Below are positions 18,279 through 26,229 of a stretch of 34,562 nt of DNA, in pieces. Made by a program: the position numbers and the translations under genes. Origin of the DNA: an uncultured Oscillospiraceae bacterium (GTDB taxonomy: Bacteria > Bacillota > Clostridia > UMGS1883); NCBI GenBank assembly GCA_964651775.1, contig CAZYYT010000003.1, positions 1,636 to 36,197 of the forward strand. The letters run 5' to 3'. The notes beneath the pieces are model-generated. The model saw nothing but the letters and a program-made list of their open reading frames with translations, made no database searches and was not told the origin of the DNA. Position 1 is the first letter of the stretch; each line of letters opens with the position of its first letter.

Positions 18279-19384
18279 CTTCTCAAACCTTTCTCAATGG
18301 TTTTAATTTTTTCGATTACAACGTTTGCCTCATCTAACGTATTATACTTTGAAAGGCTGAAACGAATGGCACTGTCCGGCTTTGATACTCCCATAGCCAA
18401 AAGCACGTGGCTTTTGTGGCTACCTGATGCGCAGGCAGACCCGCTTGAAACATATATTTCTTCGTTTGAAAGTGCATTAAGCATAATTTCGGAGCGTATA
18501 TCCCCAAAAGAAATATTTAAAATATATGGGCTTGAATTTTCGCTTCCGTTTAGGATTGCGCCCTCAATCCCAAGAAGTCCATTATTAAGGGTATCTTTTA
18601 TTTTTTGCGCTTTTTTCATATCATCAAGGTCATTAAGTGACGCTGCCACGCCAAAACCATAAATCCCGCCAACATTTTCGGTGCCGCTACGGATATTTTT
18701 CTCTTGACCACCGCCAAAAACAGATGGCTTAAGCGCTGTGCCCTTTTTTATATAAAGTGCACCCACGCCCTTGGGCCCGTGGATTTTATGACTACTTATA
18801 CTTGCAAGGTCAATCCCCCATGCTTTTGGCTTAAAGGGGATGTGCCCAAAGGATTGCACCGCATCCACGTGAAAAAGCGCGCGTGGTGCTATCCTTTTTA
18901 TTGCTTGGCCAATTTTATCAATCGGGAAAATAGTGCCCGTTTCGTTATTAACATGCATTATGCTAACAAGGGAGGTATCGGGCGTAACAGAGCTTAAAAT
19001 ATCGTTTACAGATATACTTCCGTCTTCATGGGGGTTAATTCTTACAACATTAAATCCGTTTTGTGAAAGATAATCCATCGCACTTAAAACGGCAGGGTGC
19101 TCCACCGCTGTTGTAACAACCCTTTTGCCCTTTTTTATATTTGCCGCACCAAGCACTGCGATGTTATCTGCCTCCGTTCCGCCTGATGTAAAATAGATTT
19201 CATCACTACTTACCCCAAGCGCCTTTGAAACACTTATTCTTGAAGCATCTACAAGCTTTTGCGCCTCAAGTCCGAGGGCGTGTCTGCTTGATGGGTTTCC
19301 AAAGCTGTTTTTCATATAATCGGTAACTGCACTTACTACCTCTTGTGACGGGGGTGTGGTTGCCGAGTTGTCAAAATATATCAC
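18275..19384 (-). CDS. Class V aminotransferase / cysteine desulfurase (NifS/NifZ/IscS-like), probable sulfur donor for ThiI
   Basis: IYFDNSATTP N-terminus, PLP-lysine motif SSHKIHGPKGVGALY and active-site loop SSGSACASGS. It uses a GTG start that overlaps the upstream stop (GTGA). Its own stop overlaps the thiI ATG (ATGA). Confidence 0.85.
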   Translation of the reverse strand: MIYFDNSATTPPSQEVVSAVTDYMKNSFGNPSSRHALGLEAQKLVDASRISVSKALGVSSDEIYFTSGGTEADNIAVLGAANIKKGKRVVTTAVEHPAVLSAMDYLSQNGFNVVRINPHEDGSISVNDILSSVTPDTSLVSIMHVNNETGTIFPIDKIGQAIKRIAPRALFHVDAVQSFGHIPFKPKAWGIDLASISSHKIHGPKGVGALYIKKGTALKPSVFGGGQEKNIRSGTENVGGIYGFGVAASLNDLDDMKKAQKIKDTLNNGLLGIEGAILNGSENSSPYILNISFGDIRSEIMLNALSNEEIYVSSGSACASGSHKSHVLLAMGVSKPDSAIRFSLSKYNTLDEANVVIEKIKTIEKGLRR

Positions 19385-21579
19385 TTGTTATCATCCTTTA
19401 CAAACATTGAAAGCTGAACAGTTTTGCTATCCTCATCCTTTAAGTAGTAGCCTGCCGAGGGGATAGTTTTTGCCTCATATCCTTTAATATCACTAATCAC
19501 ATTTTCTGGAAGCACCATCTTAGACAAAAGTGATTTTCTGCGCATTGTCATAACCTGCACACCCTGTGTTGACCTGCTTGATTTTGTAGCAAGGTCTTTG
19601 GTGTTAAACACAACACATTTATCTATATTACTAAACAGGGCAACATTTGTTTCCTCCGGAATATAGAGGATGTCCACAATTTCGCCCTTGCCATATGCAC
19701 CTGTAAGACGCCTGCGATTTGTTTTTGTTTCATAGCTCTTCATATCGACCTTTGCCACCTTACCACTCTTAAAGGCAAAGAGCATATAGCCACCATATTC
19801 GTATGACGGGGTGGAATAAAGCACCTTTTCGCCCGGCTCCATCTCTACAAGGTTGGGGATGTAATCACCAAGTGCGCTTGCCTTTGTTTCGGTTATATCG
19901 TTAAGGCGCATTTTGTATACATTTTGTCTGTCAGAGAAAAAGAGCATATCCATCTTATTGGATGCGTCAGCCTCACAAAGAAGCGCATCCCCCTCTTTAA
20001 ACTTCTGCTTATCTGCTGCGCGAAGACTTGCAGGGGTTATTTTCTTGAAATAATTTTCCCTAGACATAAACACGCGTACGGGATAATCCTCAATAACATT
20101 AACCTCCGCCTCCGAAGTATCACTAAACTCGCTAAGAACAACGGTGCGTCTGTCAGCGCCGAATTTATCGGAAATTTCCTGAAGCTGCTTTGAAATAAGC
20201 TTTTTAATTTTAGCTTCACTTGAGACAGTTTTACGAAGGTCATCAAGCTCTTTAATAAGGTTTTCAATTTCAGATGTGCGCTTTAAAATATACTCCTTAT
20301 TTAAATTGCGAAGCTTTATTTCTGCCACAAACTCTGCTTGCGCTTTTGAAATTGAAAAGCCTTCCATAAGATTTGGCACTACCATTGCATCTTCGGGGGT
20401 GTTCCGGACAATATGTATTGCCCTGTCAATATCAAGTAGGATTTTTTCAAGGCCTTCTAAAAGATGAAGGCGCGCTTCCTTCTTTTCTATATCATAAAGA
20501 AGTCTGCGACGGATACAATCCATACGGAAATTTACCCAGTGTGAAAGAATATCACGCACACCAAGAACAAGTGGCTCCGAATTTATAAGGACGTTAAAGT
20601 TGCAACTAAACGAATCCTCAAGCGGGGTCTGCTTAAATAATCTAGCCATAAGCTTTTCCGGGTCAACCCCACGCTTAAGCTCAAGCGTGATTTTAAGGCC
20701 TGTCTTATCGGTTTCATCGCGAACATCATTAAGGTCACGAAGCTTGCCACCCTTTATTAATTCAGCCAATTTGTCTATAACTGCCTCTACAGTAGTGCTG
20801 TAGGGGATTTGTGTGATTTCAATAAGATTTTGTTTTTTATCATAGTTATATTTTGAACGAACACGAATGCTTCCACGGCCTGTCTCATATATTTTAGAGA
20901 GCGCCTCGTCATCATGAAGAAGATAGCCGCCTGTTGAAAAATCAGGTCCATGGATAAATTCCATAAGGTTAACCTTACTATCCTTTAAAAATGCGATTGT
21001 TGCATTACAGATTTCACGCAGGTTAAAGCTTGAAATATTACTTGCCATACCAACTGCGATGCCCTGATTGGGATTTATCAAAATGTTTGGAAATGCAGTG
21101 GGCAGAAGCGCCGGCTCTTTAAGTGTGCCGTCATAGTTGTCTATAAATTCAACGGTGTTTTTGTCAATATCACTGAAAATCTCGTTACATATAGGCATAA
21201 GCTTAACTTCAGTATATCGTGATGCCGCAAATGCCATGTCTCTGCTATACTGCTTACCAAAGTTACCCTTTGAATCAACAAATGGGTGAAGTAGCGCCAT
21301 ATTACCCTCAGTAAGACGAACCATTGTTTCGTAAATGGCCATATCACCGTGGGGGTTAAGCTTCATTGTCTGGCCGACAACGTTGGCACTTTTTGTTCTG
21401 TTGCCCGTAAGTAGCCCCATCTTATACATAGTGTAAAGAAGCTTTCTGTGTGATGGCTTAAATCCGTCAATCTCGGGAATTGCGCGAGATATGATAACAG
21501 ACATTGCATAGGGCATGTAGTTTTTTTCAAGCGTCTGGGTTATGCCTTCAAGAGATAAAGACACCTTTTCGTCATTCAT
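19381..21579 (-). CDS. Type IIA DNA topoisomerase subunit A (ParC/GyrA family, Topo IV-like)
   Basis: YMPYAMSVIISRAIPEIDGFKPSHRKLLYTMY, NPHGDMAIYETMVRL and the catalytic-Tyr context FAASRYTEVKL are present. At 732 aa it is shorter than a GyrA, and I see no GyrA-box (QRRGGKG-like) in the C-terminal domain. A GGAGG RBS sits 8 nt before the ATG. Confidence 0.85.
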   Translation of the reverse strand: MNDEKVSLSLEGITQTLEKNYMPYAMSVIISRAIPEIDGFKPSHRKLLYTMYKMGLLTGNRTKSANVVGQTMKLNPHGDMAIYETMVRLTEGNMALLHPFVDSKGNFGKQYSRDMAFAASRYTEVKLMPICNEIFSDIDKNTVEFIDNYDGTLKEPALLPTAFPNILINPNQGIAVGMASNISSFNLREICNATIAFLKDSKVNLMEFIHGPDFSTGGYLLHDDEALSKIYETGRGSIRVRSKYNYDKKQNLIEITQIPYSTTVEAVIDKLAELIKGGKLRDLNDVRDETDKTGLKITLELKRGVDPEKLMARLFKQTPLEDSFSCNFNVLINSEPLVLGVRDILSHWVNFRMDCIRRRLLYDIEKKEARLHLLEGLEKILLDIDRAIHIVRNTPEDAMVVPNLMEGFSISKAQAEFVAEIKLRNLNKEYILKRTSEIENLIKELDDLRKTVSSEAKIKKLISKQLQEISDKFGADRRTVVLSEFSDTSEAEVNVIEDYPVRVFMSRENYFKKITPASLRAADKQKFKEGDALLCEADASNKMDMLFFSDRQNVYKMRLNDITETKASALGDYIPNLVEMEPGEKVLYSTPSYEYGGYMLFAFKSGKVAKVDMKSYETKTNRRRLTGAYGKGEIVDILYIPEETNVALFSNIDKCVVFNTKDLATKSSRSTQGVQVMTMRRKSLLSKMVLPENVISDIKGYEAKTIPSAGYYLKDEDSKTVQLSMFVKDDNK

Positions 21580-21639
21580 CGTGATATCCTCCGTTCAAGC
21601 ATTTTTACCTTTTTCAAAAATGCATACTAACTCTTTGCA

Positions 21640-21668
21640 ATTATACCATGAAATTTTTGCCACGTCAA
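21640..21668 (-). promoter_or_regulatory. Sigma-A promoter for the topoisomerase-nifS-thiI-cinA operon
   Basis: The minus strand reads TTGACG (21668-21663), 17-nt spacer, TGgTATAAT extended -10 (hexamer 21645-21640). Confidence 0.65.
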
Positions 21669-21743
21669 CTATAGCCGGAGAGCCTAATAAAGTATATTTT
21701 TCATTGGTTTACTAGGGATAAGCCCTCCTGTGCTAAATCAATG

Positions 21744-21772
21744 TTGACATATATAGCCAAAAAATGTATAAT
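21744..21772 (+). promoter_or_regulatory. Sigma-A promoter for the L,D-transpeptidase gene
   Basis: TTGACA (21744-21749), 17-nt spacer, TATAAT (21767-21772). Confidence 0.7.
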
Positions 21773-21800
21773 AAGTCTAGAAATATCAAGGAGTGATGGT

Positions 21801-22997
21801 ATGCGTTTCCTTCGTTTGTTTATTGCACTTGTTCTTATTTTCTCAATAGGTGTTTGCCCTGCCACATTTGCAGAGGGAAGTAGCGAAATCCTTGTGCACT
21901 TTAGCACCACAGACATCCCAACAATGATTGAGGGGGGTGTTGTGCTTGGGATACAAGACGCAAACGGAAATCTTATTGACACAAAAGTTGGGGATGTAAG
22001 GAAAACAAACCTAAACTTCGATATTTATTTTAATGTGCCCGAGTATAAAGCCGGCGATACGTTTTATATTGTACTTGGCAGCGGCGCAAAGGGGCTTTGT
22101 TATAATGGTGTAACACAAGATAGGCATCTTGTGGATATAAAGACAGATGAAAACGGAAAGCTTATAAACGAATTTTCTGTAGAAATTGAGCCTGCGTGGA
22201 ATAAAGAGGCTGTTATATATTTTTGTATGGAAACTTGCGTAAAATACGAAACACGCATTGTAAATGATGAGGTTTTTGTAACCTATGACCTTCTTGATGC
22301 ACTGGGAATAAAGCATACGTTTACAGATGGTGAAAAGCCCACCCTAAACCTTAAATCACAGTTATATAGTTACAGCGCACAGCTTTTTATGAATGACGCA
22401 AATGCTTACTTTGGAAATGAGTTAAAAACCTTAAGCACTGCACCATATCTTGAAAACGGCAAGCCTTTTATCCCACTTAAAGAGGTTGCGATATACTTTG
22501 CGTGTGACTATAAACTTAAGAGTTTGTCCCAATATATGGATGAGGTCTATTTGTCACCATCAGCATATACTGAAATCGGCAAAAATATTCACTATGTAAA
22601 CAGCCGTGATTTAACAAGCAAAACAGACTATCTTATCTGGATTTCAAAGGGAAACTATAAGGTATATGTATATAAAGGTACAAACAGAAACTGGAGATTT
22701 GTGAAGGCGCTTGATTGTGCCATCGGTGCACCGAACACACCCACAATTGAGGGTGTGTTTGAATACTTCAAGTGGCAACCAAAATGGACCTATGAGAAAT
22801 TCTATTGTGGCCCTATAATGAGGTTTTATAATGGGTATGCACTTCACTCCACCCTTATAAAGTACAATGGTACGCCTTATGATAATCGTGTTGGTGTTAA
22901 AATTTCACACGGGTGTGTTCGCATAAGGCCGGAGGGCATCAAGTGGCTTTCCGGATATATTCCGATTGGAACAACCGTGGCTGTAACAGCACAATAA
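21801..22997 (+). CDS. Secreted L,D-transpeptidase (YkuD domain) with N-terminal extension domains
   Basis: The start is set at the ATG at 21801 (AAGGAG RBS), which gives the signal peptide MRFLRLFIALVLIFSIGVCPATFAEG. The C-terminal YkuD catalytic motif ALHSTL...VGVKISHGCVRIRPEG is present. The central IPLKEVAIYF segment resembles a copper-amine-oxidase-N-like stalk domain. Confidence 0.85.
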   Translation: MRFLRLFIALVLIFSIGVCPATFAEGSSEILVHFSTTDIPTMIEGGVVLGIQDANGNLIDTKVGDVRKTNLNFDIYFNVPEYKAGDTFYIVLGSGAKGLCYNGVTQDRHLVDIKTDENGKLINEFSVEIEPAWNKEAVIYFCMETCVKYETRIVNDEVFVTYDLLDALGIKHTFTDGEKPTLNLKSQLYSYSAQLFMNDANAYFGNELKTLSTAPYLENGKPFIPLKEVAIYFACDYKLKSLSQYMDEVYLSPSAYTEIGKNIHYVNSRDLTSKTDYLIWISKGNYKVYVYKGTNRNWRFVKALDCAIGAPNTPTIEGVFEYFKWQPKWTYEKFYCGPIMRFYNGYALHSTLIKYNGTPYDNRVGVKISHGCVRIRPEGIKWLSGYIPIGTTVAVTAQ

Positions 22998-23006
22998 CAA
23001 AATTTT

Positions 23007-23039
23007 ATTGAAGGGTGAAAATTTATTTCACCCTTCAAT
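23007..23039 (+). terminator. Hairpin terminator after the L,D-transpeptidase gene
   Basis: Perfect 14-bp inverted repeat ATTGAAGGGTGAAA / TTTCACCCTTCAAT with loop ATTTA. The trailing T-run is short. Confidence 0.6.
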
Positions 23040-23121
23040 TTAAGACTGTGAGAACCCTTAAATAAGGGATAATTTTACCTAAAGCTTTGGACAATTCTTT
23101 GAAATATAATTAAATAAATAT

Positions 23122-23198
23122 ATGCCTGTAGCTCAGATGGATAGAGCGTCAGACTCCGACTCTGAAGGTCGCGCGTTCGAATCGCGTCAGGCATACCA
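23122..23198 (+). tRNA. tRNA-Arg (anticodon CCG), genomically encoded CCA
   Basis: Hand-folded cloverleaf. Acceptor stem ATGCCTG/CAGGCAT. D arm GCTC-AGATGGATA-GAGC. Anticodon arm TCAGA-CTCCGAC-TCTGA, giving anticodon CCG. Variable loop AGGTC. T arm GCGCG-TTCGAAT-CGCGT. Discriminator A, then CCA. Confidence 0.85.
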
Positions 23199-23225
23199 TT
23201 ATAAAATATTAAGAGGGGTGATAAA

Positions 23226-23906
23226 ATGTCATTTTTATTCGAGGCAGAGCTTTTTGGAAGGATTCTTATATCAATGTTATGCGGTGGACTTATTGGCGCT
23301 GAAAGAACCAACCGTGGCAAGGGTGCAGGGATAAGAACGCATATCATAGTTGCAATTGCATCATGCCTGTTAATGGTGCTTTCGCAGTATGGTTTTGAGG
23401 ATTTTTACAAGCATTTTAATCACCCGGAACTGCAAAATGCCATTGACCCTTCAAGAATTGCGGCACAGATAGTATCCGGTATCGGCTTTCTGGGCGCAGG
23501 CATGATTTTTGTACAAAAAAACATCGTAACAGGGCTTACCACCGCAGCGGGAATATGGGCAACTGCAGGAATTGGCATGGCAATCGGTTGTGGTATGTAC
23601 TTTATGGGAATTTCATGCACAATTCTTATTCTTGTGATTCACTATGTGCTTCATAGGTATACTAAATTTATTCACACACCGGTAGAGAGTGAAATGGAAT
23701 TCACAGTTGAAAAAATAGAAGATATAGAATTTCTTATAAATACACTTCGTGGGTATGAAATTTCCGTAATCAATACGGAGTTTATAAAAAGTGAAAATGG
23801 CCAAATTGAGGTGATTTTCACAACAATGCTAACAGAAAACATTGACAAGTCTTCACTTCTTCAAAAGATAAGTGAAAAGGAAAGTATTAAATACGCAAGA
23901 ATATAG
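23226..23906 (+). CDS. mgtC: MgtC/SapB-family membrane protein
   Basis: LISMLCGGLIGAERTNRGKGAGIRTHIIVAIASCLLMV is the MgtC signature. Four to five TM helices are followed by a soluble ACT-like C-terminal domain. Confidence 0.85.
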   Translation: MSFLFEAELFGRILISMLCGGLIGAERTNRGKGAGIRTHIIVAIASCLLMVLSQYGFEDFYKHFNHPELQNAIDPSRIAAQIVSGIGFLGAGMIFVQKNIVTGLTTAAGIWATAGIGMAIGCGMYFMGISCTILILVIHYVLHRYTKFIHTPVESEMEFTVEKIEDIEFLINTLRGYEISVINTEFIKSENGQIEVIFTTMLTENIDKSSLLQKISEKESIKYARI

Positions 23907-23924
23907 AAACAAAGGAAGAGAATT

Positions 23925-25316
23925 ATGAGAGAATTTTTTAAAGCAGACGGCGTATCGGGTAAAAGTATCAATGACTTTTTTAAAAGATGCTACAGTGAAG
24001 ATAACGAGATTCATGCTATCCAAATTTATAGCGGTGGAAAGCTTACACTTAGGGCATCTCAGCACCCGTATAAATGCGAAGATAAGGGAGAGCTTTACTC
24101 TCTCAGTAAAACATTTACATCAACTTCAGTAGGCATTTTGGTTGACAAGGGGCTTTTAAGTGTTGAAGAAAAAATTGTGAATATATTTCCCGATAAGTGC
24201 CCCGAAAATATAAGTGAAAACCTCTCTAAAATGACGGTGAAGCACGTTTTAACCATGAACACAGGACACAGTGGCTGTGTGATGGAAACAATGTATAAAA
24301 GTGAAGATGCGGTAAAGGCGTTTCTTAAAAACGAGGTTAAGTTTACGCCCGGCACGCATTTTGCCTATAACACAGGGGCAACCTGCCTACTTAGTGCGAT
24401 TATAAAGAAAATAACGGGAATGCCACTTTTTGAGTTTGCAAATGAGAATCTCTTTAAGCCACTTTCAATAACAAATGCTTCGTGGAACAGAACTGATGAC
24501 AAAACCACAGAGGGTGGCATTGGCCTTCAGGTTTCTTGTGATGACATCTTAAAACTTGGCATTATGTACCTTAATAAGGGCGTTTACAATAATAAGCGAA
24601 TTGTGTCGGAGGCGTGGATTAAAGAGGCAAGCACCCCTTGGTCAGACAATAATGATAACGGAAATCCCGATTGGTGCGCAGGCTACGGCTATCAGATATG
24701 GATTAATGCGCGTGGGGGCTTTCGTGGTGACGGCGCATTTGGTCAGCTTTGTGTTGTGCTTCCCGAGCGTGATACCGTTGTGACTGTAGTTGCCAGATGT
24801 AGGGATATGCAGACAGAGATTGATGCCATTATAGAGCTTTTGGAAAATCTTAATCAAAAAGAGGACGAGCCTGTTTTGGATTGGCAGTTTGAAACGCTTG
24901 GCAAAACAGAGAAGAAGGAATTTCCCTTTATGAACAAAATGATAAAGCTTAAGGAAAATATTATTGGCTTTACAAGGGTTTACATAGAGTATGAGGGAAA
25001 CAGCCTTGCAATAAGATTTTCAGACGGAAGAAGTGAAAAAACCATTCTTTCAGGAAATGGGGAGTATGCTTTTTCAAGCTACACCGCATCTTGGAGAAAG
25101 CCCAAACTTCTTGGACTTATGCACGCTAAAGAAAGTGAAATGATACATACAGCCTCTTCTTATAAAATAGAGGATGAAAAAATAATAGTTAAGTCAAGGT
25201 TTTTAAATTCACCAAACAGTGAAGAGATTAATATCTACGAAAAAGACGGCAAGCTTCATATTGAATTTATAAGCGATATGCTTGAGGATGAGGCAAAGCT
25301 TTTAATTGAAGAATAA
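23925..25316 (+). CDS. Serine hydrolase of the beta-lactamase/transpeptidase-like (class C / esterase) family with a C-terminal extension
   Basis: SxxK motif in the typical context ELYSLSKTFTSTSVGILVDKGLL, and TVKHVLTMNTGH. The ~130-aa C-terminal extension has no motif I recognise. Confidence 0.7.
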   Translation: MREFFKADGVSGKSINDFFKRCYSEDNEIHAIQIYSGGKLTLRASQHPYKCEDKGELYSLSKTFTSTSVGILVDKGLLSVEEKIVNIFPDKCPENISENLSKMTVKHVLTMNTGHSGCVMETMYKSEDAVKAFLKNEVKFTPGTHFAYNTGATCLLSAIIKKITGMPLFEFANENLFKPLSITNASWNRTDDKTTEGGIGLQVSCDDILKLGIMYLNKGVYNNKRIVSEAWIKEASTPWSDNNDNGNPDWCAGYGYQIWINARGGFRGDGAFGQLCVVLPERDTVVTVVARCRDMQTEIDAIIELLENLNQKEDEPVLDWQFETLGKTEKKEFPFMNKMIKLKENIIGFTRVYIEYEGNSLAIRFSDGRSEKTILSGNGEYAFSSYTASWRKPKLLGLMHAKESEMIHTASSYKIEDEKIIVKSRFLNSPNSEEINIYEKDGKLHIEFISDMLEDEAKLLIEE

Positions 25317-25319
25317 TAA

Positions 25320-25354
25320 AAAGGGGATATGATTGTTTTAATCACATCCCCTTT
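25320..25354. terminator. Bidirectional hairpin between the serine hydrolase and AraC genes
   Basis: AAAGGGGATATGATT / AATCACATCCCCTTT, 15 bp with one mismatch, loop GTTTT. It overlaps the AraC-family stop codon. Confidence 0.65.
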
Positions 25355-26115
25355 GGACTTTCTTTATACTCACGTTTATACATTTTACAAAAATAGCTTT
25401 CATCATTAAAACCGCAGTAGCGTATTAAATCTTTTATTTTCATATGTGGGTTGTTTATTAGCATAAAGCGTGCGTGCCCTATCCTTATTTTTATAAGTGC
25501 ATCAAAAATGCTTTTGCCGTAAAAATTCTTAAATTCACTGCAAAGCGTTGTTTTTGAAAACGGATAAAACGCCAATATATCGTCAAGCGTTATTGGCTTA
25601 TTAAAATTTTCTTCTAAATAGCTGTGCACCATTTCAATGGGTGAGGCAGCTTTTTTTGTTGCCTCATCAAAAAATACCATTAAGAGGTTATAGGTGTAAG
25701 AGGACAGCTCCGCAAACGTAAGGTTTGAGTTAAATAGAAAATAAAATTCCTTAAGCGAGGAGTAAAACATTTTTGCATCTTTATCGTAGTACACCTCATA
25801 ATCACCTACATTAAAGGGCGCTAAAACCCCTTGACACTGGCTACCACAAAACCCCATAAAGCACGTTTCAAAATTTTCATCACCAAAGTAGGTGTGTGGG
25901 ATGAAGCGTTTTACAAAGAAAAGGTCACCCGAAGAAAGGGGATAGCTTTTCCCGTCTACAATAAGTGTGCCATTTCCCTTTGAAACCATAAAAATTTGGT
26001 CAAAACCAAGCCCCGATGGCCTTATGGTTTTTTCTTGCGGGTAGTTTACACCAATTGTAAGTGGATATACAGGGAAAAGACTTGATGCTTCGTTTTCATA
26101 AATTCTTGTTTTCAT
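25342..26115 (-). CDS. AraC-family transcriptional regulator (N-terminal cupin sensor plus C-terminal HTH)
   Basis: A cupin-like N-terminal half (GDLFFVKRFIPHTY) is followed by AraC-type HTH features (ITLDDILAFYPFSKTTLCSEFK, CGFNDESYFCKMYKREY). It is divergent from the GH2 gene. Confidence 0.85.
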   Translation of the reverse strand: MKTRIYENEASSLFPVYPLTIGVNYPQEKTIRPSGLGFDQIFMVSKGNGTLIVDGKSYPLSSGDLFFVKRFIPHTYFGDENFETCFMGFCGSQCQGVLAPFNVGDYEVYYDKDAKMFYSSLKEFYFLFNSNLTFAELSSYTYNLLMVFFDEATKKAASPIEMVHSYLEENFNKPITLDDILAFYPFSKTTLCSEFKNFYGKSIFDALIKIRIGHARFMLINNPHMKIKDLIRYCGFNDESYFCKMYKREYKESPKGM

Positions 26116-26129
26116 ATCATACCTCTGAA

Positions 26130-26141
26130 ATATAATTATAT
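26130..26141. repeat. Perfect 12-bp palindrome ATATAATTATAT, copy 1
   Basis: The sequence is self-complementary. It contains TATAAT on the minus strand, 19 nt upstream of the AraC ATG. Confidence 0.9.
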
Positions 26142-26181
26142 AAAATAAAAGATACTTATATTGTTTAGCGTATTTATTGTG

Positions 26182-26193
26182 ATATAATTATAT
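26182..26193. repeat. Perfect 12-bp palindrome ATATAATTATAT, copy 2
   Basis: Identical to copy 1, 52 bp away. It contains a plus-strand TGaTATAAT extended -10 upstream of the GH2 gene. Confidence 0.9.
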
Positions 26194-26229
26194 TATTATT
26201 AAATTAAAAAGTCAACAAGGAGTGGGAAT

